In this document: positions 19,023-24,768 of the stretch, piece after piece
Layout of the letters: each line of letters begins with the position of its first letter
Position numbering within the stretch: the first letter of the stretch is position 1
Virus record (IMG/VR): IMGVR_UViG_3300027627_000027
Coordinates: 1-24,768 of that record
DNA from: a virus
Lineage: Duplodnaviria > Caudoviricetes
Strand: one strand, 5' to 3'
DNA length: 24,768 nt
Notes under the pieces: generated by a model
Seen by the model: only the letters and a program-made list of their open reading frames with translations
The model's database searches: none
Told to the model about the DNA's origin: nothing
Program-made: the position numbers and the translations under genes

Positions 19023-19337
19023 GTGCGTAAAAAACCACGATGCGTTGGCCGTGTTAAGCCGCGCAAGAAATATCAGACCAACAGCGGTCTGGTCAGGTAC
19101 ATTGAGGTTCAGGGTGATCCTGGAACTCAGCGTTGCCTGCGGTCAATCAATTGCCCTCATCACAAGGCAGATAATGCTCGGATCTTGGAACTTCCATTCC
19201 AGGGGCATGAAGAGCGCATTGAAGTTGTTCCCTTGACAAGGGAGCAGATTCGTGCAGCAATCAACAAAGGATTTATGGAGGCTACTGGTCGTCCATATTT
19301 CGTAAACACAACTAACAACAAAGGAGAAGGAAAATGA
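19023..19337 (+). CDS. basic hypothetical protein with Cys/His residues, 104 aa
   Basis: GTG start with AAGGAG and AAC-rich leader; stop overlaps the next ATG. Confidence 0.7.
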   Translation: MRKKPRCVGRVKPRKKYQTNSGLVRYIEVQGDPGTQRCLRSINCPHHKADNARILELPFQGHEERIEVVPLTREQIRAAINKGFMEATGRPYFVNTTNNKGEGK

Positions 19338-19687
19338 AAAAGGAGAAAAAGATGAAAAGAAGTTATGAATTTTGTGGTTGTTGGAAGGTAAGGGGATTGA
19401 AAGATGGATGGTTGGATATGTTTGGTTTGGAAATGAAAAAGAATGGAGAAAGAAGTGGAGAAGTGTTTGAATTGATTAATGCAATAAAGAAATGGGATAA
19501 AGAAGAAGTTTTGGATGAGATAAGTGATATGTGTTGGGGTGTTGGAAGATTGATTGGTGGGTTGTTTGGAAAAGAGTATGTGAGAATTTGGGGAGATAGA
19601 AGGCATTATTTGAAAGTTAAGGAGAGGTTTGATGAGTGTGGTTGTATAAGAAGTAAAAATAATAAGAGTTATTGTGGGAGGAAATAA
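19334..19687 (+). CDS. MazG-like (all-alpha NTP pyrophosphohydrolase) protein, 117 aa, with an almost cytosine-free coding strand
   Basis: ExxE...ExxD pattern in GEVFELINAIKKWDKEEVLDEISD; four Cys-containing spots (CGC, C, CGC, C). Only 2 C in 354 nt. Confidence 0.6.
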   Translation: MKKEKKMKRSYEFCGCWKVRGLKDGWLDMFGLEMKKNGERSGEVFELINAIKKWDKEEVLDEISDMCWGVGRLIGGLFGKEYVRIWGDRRHYLKVKERFDECGCIRSKNNKSYCGRK

Positions 19688-20205
19688 TGAGTAAGAGTAA
19701 AAAGAAAAGATTGGTATTTAAAAAGGAGGAGATCATGAAAAAGAAGGCAGTGTTGGTTGACATTGATGGGACTCTGGTAAAGATTACGGAGAACTGGAGC
19801 AGGAATCGGGATCTTGAGTGGGTGGAAGAAACAAAAGAAGCAGTTGGCTACAGGGTGGCTGTGGAGTTGGTGAAGAGGTTTAAGGAACAGGGGTATGTAG
19901 TTATTGTTGTGACGGCGAGGGGTCAGAGTTGCTATGGTGCAACAAAGGTGAAGTTTGATGAGCTTGGTATCAGCAAGTTGGTAGATGTGATGATTCACAG
20001 GCCTGAGAAGCTGATTGATGCGAGGAGTAGTGTTTACAAAAATGAGATGATTAAGTTCTTGAAGAAGTATTATGAGATCGTGTTTTCGATGGAAGATGAG
20101 AAAGGCAATCAGATGATGATGAAAAAGCATGGCATTGAAATCATTGATGCAACTATGTGGCATAGTGTTGGGTGTGACTGTACCAGCTGCAAAGGAGAAA
20201 TATAA
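19687..20205 (+). CDS. HAD-family phosphatase (T4 polynucleotide kinase/phosphatase C-terminal domain-like)
   Basis: Motif I VLVDIDGTL, motif II VIVVTAR, conserved K (VYKNEM), motif IV SMEDE. Starts at 19687 (TAATG coupling) or 19735 (AAGGAGG). Confidence 0.8.
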   Translation: MSKSKKKRLVFKKEEIMKKKAVLVDIDGTLVKITENWSRNRDLEWVEETKEAVGYRVAVELVKRFKEQGYVVIVVTARGQSCYGATKVKFDELGISKLVDVMIHRPEKLIDARSSVYKNEMIKFLKKYYEIVFSMEDEKGNQMMMKKHGIEIIDATMWHSVGCDCTSCKGEI

Positions 20206-20471
20206 TGAGGAAGCATAACTTCAAGACAGTTTGCTGCAGTGAAAGAAGCTGCAACAAAACAATACCGCCATATCAAGGATTCTACCTTGGTAAGCGTGGA
20301 GTTGGACGCACAGATTACTTTCTATGCGTTGCTTGTGATGCTGCAGACAAGAAGATATTGGTAGAGCGCAAGGTAAGGCAAGCAGCAGCAAAAAAGAAGA
20401 AAGACGATAAGCAACAGCCACTGTTTGTAGAAGTAAAGCACAAGGCAGAATGTGGTTGCGATGGAAAATAA
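20205..20471 (+). CDS. small Cys-rich zinc-finger-like protein, 88 aa
   Basis: CCSERSC...CVAC; AAGGAG ribosome-binding site; TAATG coupling. Confidence 0.7.
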   Translation: MRKHNFKTVCCSERSCNKTIPPYQGFYLGKRGVGRTDYFLCVACDAADKKILVERKVRQAAAKKKKDDKQQPLFVEVKHKAECGCDGK

Positions 20472-20498
20472 CAACAACAACAACAAAGGAGAAATATC

Positions 20499-22160
20499 AT
20501 GAAAGTACTATCCAAAAAAGGGCGCAGTGTTGCACAGGCGCTCATGAACAAGAAAGAGAGGGTTACGGTGATTAAGAAAACTCTGCAAAAGAAAATTAAG
20601 AGGAAGATACATCGTGTAAGAAAAGGTACTACGGTGTACGCCGAAGTAAGAACAAATCTATACGATGCTGTAGAGCAACGTGTGGAATTCAAGGAGGTAC
20701 GATGGGATTCAAAGGGTCGGTGCCACATAGCGGAAACCTTCCCTGGAGATTACCGTGGTATACTCGCAACAATCTATCCGAAAGCAGAAGGCAAAAGTGG
20801 ATCAGTAGTATATTTTACTCTGATGATGTATCCAAAGTATGTTTATGATTCTACAAAGTATGCTGGATCAAAGCCATTTGTCAAAGACATTAAGCCTAGG
20901 TTAACTGTAAACAAGAGTGATTCTGGCATACAGTTCCTGTGGTTTAATAATAATAAGCCAGCATGGAAAGTTAAGACACATGGTGATGTTTATAGTTACT
21001 TTGGTCAAGATTTTGCTGCTTGCACTCAGATACTAGTGCAAGTATATAGGGAACTTGAGAAAATATATTCTCCTCAAGACTTTATACCAATCCTGGCAAG
21101 AATGGAAAGATCATTAGTTGTTGATGAGCGCTATCGACATGGACCTTATGATCTCGATCAACCGCTACTGCATAGATTCGTTGGAGGCACAAACCCTAGA
21201 GATCTATTGAATAAGCTCTATGGGAAAAAGGGTCAACAAGGATTGAGCAAGAACGCTTTTGGTGGAATTGGTCAGATCAGGAGCTTTGCTACTTTGGTTG
21301 CTGCGTCTGATATAGTCCGAATGGCTAAATCGTTTCCAACTTCATTCTTTGACAAGATTAAGCTTCTTGATTATGGTTCAAAGCCAGTCTTTAGAACGGA
21401 CAGCTTTGAGCCACAAATGACGGCTGTTCAAGCAAAACACGTACAGTATTTTCTCAAATACTTTAACCATAGCAAGATCCAGAACGACTTGTTAACAGCA
21501 ATTAACAGGGCTGCTACTACGACGGAGTTTCTATTGTGGGAGCGAGACCACGATGGTGAAAGTGAACGCAAGGAACCGCTCTACCTCTTTTCCCAAGATG
21601 CCTGGCAGTTCTGCAAAGATGGTGGAAGAATGCTTGAGACTATTTGCAAGCATGCTACCGCTAGTGGACAACGTGCTTTGTGGAAGAATGTTAAGGCATT
21701 TAAGGGCGGGATAAAAGAAACTCATGACATGATTACCCTTGAACATGCAAGAATACAATATCCAGAAAAGAAACTCAGCTACAGAAAAGAGCAAACAATA
21801 GCTCTTCGTAATTGTCGGGTTACAGATGATATTATATCTGTTCTTCCAGAGAAGAATCTTGATTTGGTTGTATGGGGATCAACTCAAAATAATTGCATTG
21901 GCAGTTACGCCGAACTTGTTAACGGTAAAGGCGATTATCCAAACATAATTGTTGGATTCATGAATACAAAAACCAATAATTGGGTTGGACATGCTCAAGT
22001 CGTAGCAAGGCCTGGTGGCGACGATAAATGGGATATCGTACAACTGAGGGGCAAAAATAATGATGTTCTCAGTAAAGAGGACGACGAAGTCATTCGGTTC
22101 TGGTTGGTCCAAGCTTTTGTACTGATCGGTGACTTGACATCGGTATACGAAGAAGAATAA
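20499..22160 (+). CDS. 553-aa protein with C-terminal PcfJ-like domain
   Basis: LVVWGSTQNNCIGSY...IVQLRGKNN matches the PcfJ-like signature as I recall it; AAC-rich leader with AAGGAG. Confidence 0.7.
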   Translation: MKVLSKKGRSVAQALMNKKERVTVIKKTLQKKIKRKIHRVRKGTTVYAEVRTNLYDAVEQRVEFKEVRWDSKGRCHIAETFPGDYRGILATIYPKAEGKSGSVVYFTLMMYPKYVYDSTKYAGSKPFVKDIKPRLTVNKSDSGIQFLWFNNNKPAWKVKTHGDVYSYFGQDFAACTQILVQVYRELEKIYSPQDFIPILARMERSLVVDERYRHGPYDLDQPLLHRFVGGTNPRDLLNKLYGKKGQQGLSKNAFGGIGQIRSFATLVAASDIVRMAKSFPTSFFDKIKLLDYGSKPVFRTDSFEPQMTAVQAKHVQYFLKYFNHSKIQNDLLTAINRAATTTEFLLWERDHDGESERKEPLYLFSQDAWQFCKDGGRMLETICKHATASGQRALWKNVKAFKGGIKETHDMITLEHARIQYPEKKLSYRKEQTIALRNCRVTDDIISVLPEKNLDLVVWGSTQNNCIGSYAELVNGKGDYPNIIVGFMNTKTNNWVGHAQVVARPGGDDKWDIVQLRGKNNDVLSKEDDEVIRFWLVQAFVLIGDLTSVYEEE

Positions 22161-22194
22161 CAGTAAACAACAACAACAAAAAAGGAGAAAAATA

Positions 22195-24768
22195 ATGGCT
22201 AAAATACCAGTTATCCGAACTATTACCGCTCCGAACGGTGATACCTATGGCTTGAAGTACAGCAAAGAGAGGGGAACATTCTTTGCTGTCGTCAACCTGC
22301 AATATGTTAAGTACCCACAAAAAGCAGACAATGTTACAAGCGAACAGTCTGCCTTGGACTGGATTAACAAAATCATCAACCCAACACCAGGAAAGGTGGA
22401 GACAATGAATATCAACCAACCACAACCAAAGGAGGAAATTGTGTTTAACAAAGAGCAACAAGAAGCTTTTGACTTGATTGTCAATGGCATCGGCAACGTC
22501 CTTGTTACGGGCAACGCTGGAACTGGCAAGTCATTTGTCATCAACCATGCAGTTGAGGCTCTTGAGCGCCAAAACAAGAGGGTTACAGTATGCTCAACCA
22601 CAGCAGTATCGGCAACTGCTATTAACGGCAAGACAGTGCACTCTGCATTCAGGATCATACCCCTATTCAAGAACTCAAAAGATCCGTTAACACTTGATAA
22701 AATCTTAGAGAAGACACGGGGTGCTCTGTCTGGCGATGGAGAAAAGACAAAAGCAGTACGAAAACAAATTGCCAACACTGATGTCATTGTAATAGATGAG
22801 GTGTCGATGCTCAACATCATAGACCTCATTCGTTTAGAGCACCAACTCAAAACATATGGCCCTAAGAAAGGAGAGCTCTACGGTGGTATTCGGATGATCT
22901 TCGTGGGAGACTTCTTGCAGTTGGAGCCTGTTGTCAGTGACAATAGTCCAATGCGGATACCAGCTGGTAAGTCAGCTTACGCCTTTGATTCCGAAAGGGC
23001 TTGGCATAGTGCTTTGATTCATACTGTTCAATTGACTAAGATTGTTCGTCAGAAAGATCTTCTGTTTGGAACCTTCTTGAACAACATTCGTTTGGGTATT
23101 TGGCAACCTTGGATGAATGCAATTGTTGAAGAATGCAAAGCCAGGGAGATGGACGACAGCAACGTGCCACGGTTCTATGCCAAAAATGAGAAAGTGAATA
23201 GCATAAATGACGAAAAGCTATCTAAGCTTCCTGAACCAGAGTATGTTTATAAGGCTAATGATATTAACCCAGATAAGTGGGACAATCAGATTAGAAGGTA
23301 TGTCAAAGATACTTCTCCAGAATATTGGAATAAGAATTGTTTGGCTCTAGGCGAACTTAAGTTGAGGGTAGGCACTTTGGTTATTCTGCTCAAAAACAGT
23401 GCTCTCATGTTCGGGACAGGAAACATCGTTGGCAATACGGCCAAAAAGACAACATATGTCAATGGTGATACTGGAATTGTTGAGCGCTTTGTCAAAGTAA
23501 GGCTTAGTGCAGAACATGCATTTGAATTGTCAGCAAAAACTGGTGTGGACATACAAGCAGATGATACAATTGAACTACCTGTAGTACGTTGGAGTCGCAC
23601 TAATGAAGAAAAAGTTGTTTGGTATGCTGACTTTAGTCAAGGCGATCAGTACAGTCGTTGGCAACTACCTATCAAAGCGGCTTGGGCTGTTACAATTCAC
23701 AAGGCTCAGGGTATGACTCTCGACAAGGCAATTGTTGATGTTAGCGACGCCTTTGCTACAGGTCAAACATATGTTGCACTTTCTCGTGTTCGCACCCTTG
23801 ATGGTCTGCGTATTGATGGCTTCAGCAGGGAAAGGGTTAAGGCTAACGAAGCTGCCCTCAAGTTTTACGGACTTACTGGTAATTATGATGGAGATGAGCA
23901 GGAGGGACCAATGGACGATGGCAATGGAGCTAAGCCAACAAAACCAAATACTCCAAGTAACAATAACGGTGGAGTAAAAACAAACAACAACAAGGAGGTA
24001 GTAGAAATGTCAACACAACCACAACCAAAAGTACATAATAAGCATGCAAAAACTGCACCATCAGATGCTGTATACATTGGTCGAGGTAGCAAGTGGGGTA
24101 ACCCATTTGTTATTGATAAAGATAACTCACGAACCGACGTAATTGCTAAGTATAAAGAATATATTATTGGAAAACCTGAACTTCTTGCTCAGTTGCATGA
24201 ACTTAAAGGTAAAAGTCTGGTGTGTTATTGCGCACCACAACCATGCCATGGGGACGTTCTTATTCACTTGGCTAACAACCCTGAGGAGGGAAAAATAATG
24301 AAACCACAACCACAACCAAAGGAGCAAGTAATGAAAACATCAGACATGCCACTACTTGATGGCAAGTTCGTAATCGCAGGGACTGGATCAAGGTCTCTTA
24401 TTCTGGATGAAGGCAAGATGAACAAGGTACAAGAATACCTCATTGACTTGCTTACACAGGCAAAAGCAAAGCATGGTAATAACCTAGTTGTTATCAGCGG
24501 AATGGCAGAAGGCTTTGACGAAGCTCTTGCACGTGCAGCTATGAGCCTTGGAGTAACACTTATTGCGGCAATACCTAACAAGGGATACTCTGCCCATTAC
24601 TGGGGCAAGAATTCGCAGCTTAAAGTTGATCGTATGAATGCATTTCAAGAGCTTGCTGGTTATGCACACAGATCAGGTGGTGTCCACTATGTATGTGGCA
24701 CAAGCATATATGCTGATGGTAAGCACTCCAACTTTGTACGCAATGAATGGATGGCTGACCGTGCTGAC
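22195..24768 (+). CDS. multidomain protein truncated by the window edge: Pif1/RecD-like SF1B helicase, DUF4326 and YspA-like SLOG domain (858+ codons)
   Basis: No stop from ATG 22195 to the end. Helicase: TGNAGTGKS, IVIDEVSML, FVGDFLQLEPV, LTKIVRQ, WAVTIHKAQGMTL, YVALSR. DUF4326: VYIGRGSKWGNPF...CYCAPQPCHGDVL. SLOG: IAGTGSR...ISGMAEGFD...RNEWMAD. Confidence 0.88.
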   Translation, partial: MAKIPVIRTITAPNGDTYGLKYSKERGTFFAVVNLQYVKYPQKADNVTSEQSALDWINKIINPTPGKVETMNINQPQPKEEIVFNKEQQEAFDLIVNGIGNVLVTGNAGTGKSFVINHAVEALERQNKRVTVCSTTAVSATAINGKTVHSAFRIIPLFKNSKDPLTLDKILEKTRGALSGDGEKTKAVRKQIANTDVIVIDEVSMLNIIDLIRLEHQLKTYGPKKGELYGGIRMIFVGDFLQLEPVVSDNSPMRIPAGKSAYAFDSERAWHSALIHTVQLTKIVRQKDLLFGTFLNNIRLGIWQPWMNAIVEECKAREMDDSNVPRFYAKNEKVNSINDEKLSKLPEPEYVYKANDINPDKWDNQIRRYVKDTSPEYWNKNCLALGELKLRVGTLVILLKNSALMFGTGNIVGNTAKKTTYVNGDTGIVERFVKVRLSAEHAFELSAKTGVDIQADDTIELPVVRWSRTNEEKVVWYADFSQGDQYSRWQLPIKAAWAVTIHKAQGMTLDKAIVDVSDAFATGQTYVALSRVRTLDGLRIDGFSRERVKANEAALKFYGLTGNYDGDEQEGPMDDGNGAKPTKPNTPSNNNGGVKTNNNKEVVEMSTQPQPKVHNKHAKTAPSDAVYIGRGSKWGNPFVIDKDNSRTDVIAKYKEYIIGKPELLAQLHELKGKSLVCYCAPQPCHGDVLIHLANNPEEGKIMKPQPQPKEQVMKTSDMPLLDGKFVIAGTGSRSLILDEGKMNKVQEYLIDLLTQAKAKHGNNLVVISGMAEGFDEALARAAMSLGVTLIAAIPNKGYSAHYWGKNSQLKVDRMNAFQELAGYAHRSGGVHYVCGTSIYADGKHSNFVRNEWMADRAD

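Larger units (their letters stand above)
18610..24324 (+). repeat. dispersed AAC/CAA-rich leader plus Shine-Dalgarno motif
   Basis: CAACCACAACCAA at 18610, 22417, 24016 and 24307; related (AAC)n-AAGGAG tracts before the starts at 19023, 19334, 20499, 22195 and 24007. Confidence 0.75.

Noticed and set aside
18646-24669. Minus-strand and alternate-frame ORFs over the right arm (for example 19160-19606, 19669-20163, 22245-22850, 23286-23600, 24264-24581)
   Set aside because: They overlap plus-strand genes that have clear motifs and ribosome-binding sites.

Overview
AT-rich fragment of a large tailed dsDNA phage with two divergent arms. The left arm (1-16.3 kb, minus strand) holds morphogenesis genes: an S74-chaperone tail fibre, tail proteins, large terminase, a cluster of Gly/Ala/Arg-rich putative internal virion proteins and a single-AAA Clp ATPase. 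The right arm (18.2 kb onward, plus strand) holds early-type genes: TM-LysM, MazG-like, HAD phosphatase, PcfJ-like, and an 858+ codon Pif1 helicase-DUF4326-SLOG fusion that the ORF track misses. Two signals stand out. (1) Five left-arm genes are broken by eight +1 frame changes. Each break coincides with an in-frame CGG, and removing that C yields a GGN Gly codon and restores the frame. I found no in-frame CGG in the intact left-arm coding sequence, whereas right-arm genes read CGG normally at least 10 times. This suggests an arm-specific CGGN-as-Gly recoding switch, although a sequencing artefact must be excluded. (2) A 354-nt MazG-like gene contains only 2 cytosines on its coding strand, which points to selection for a C-free mRNA. 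All counts are manual, family calls come from motif recognition only, and no tRNA was seen in the window.
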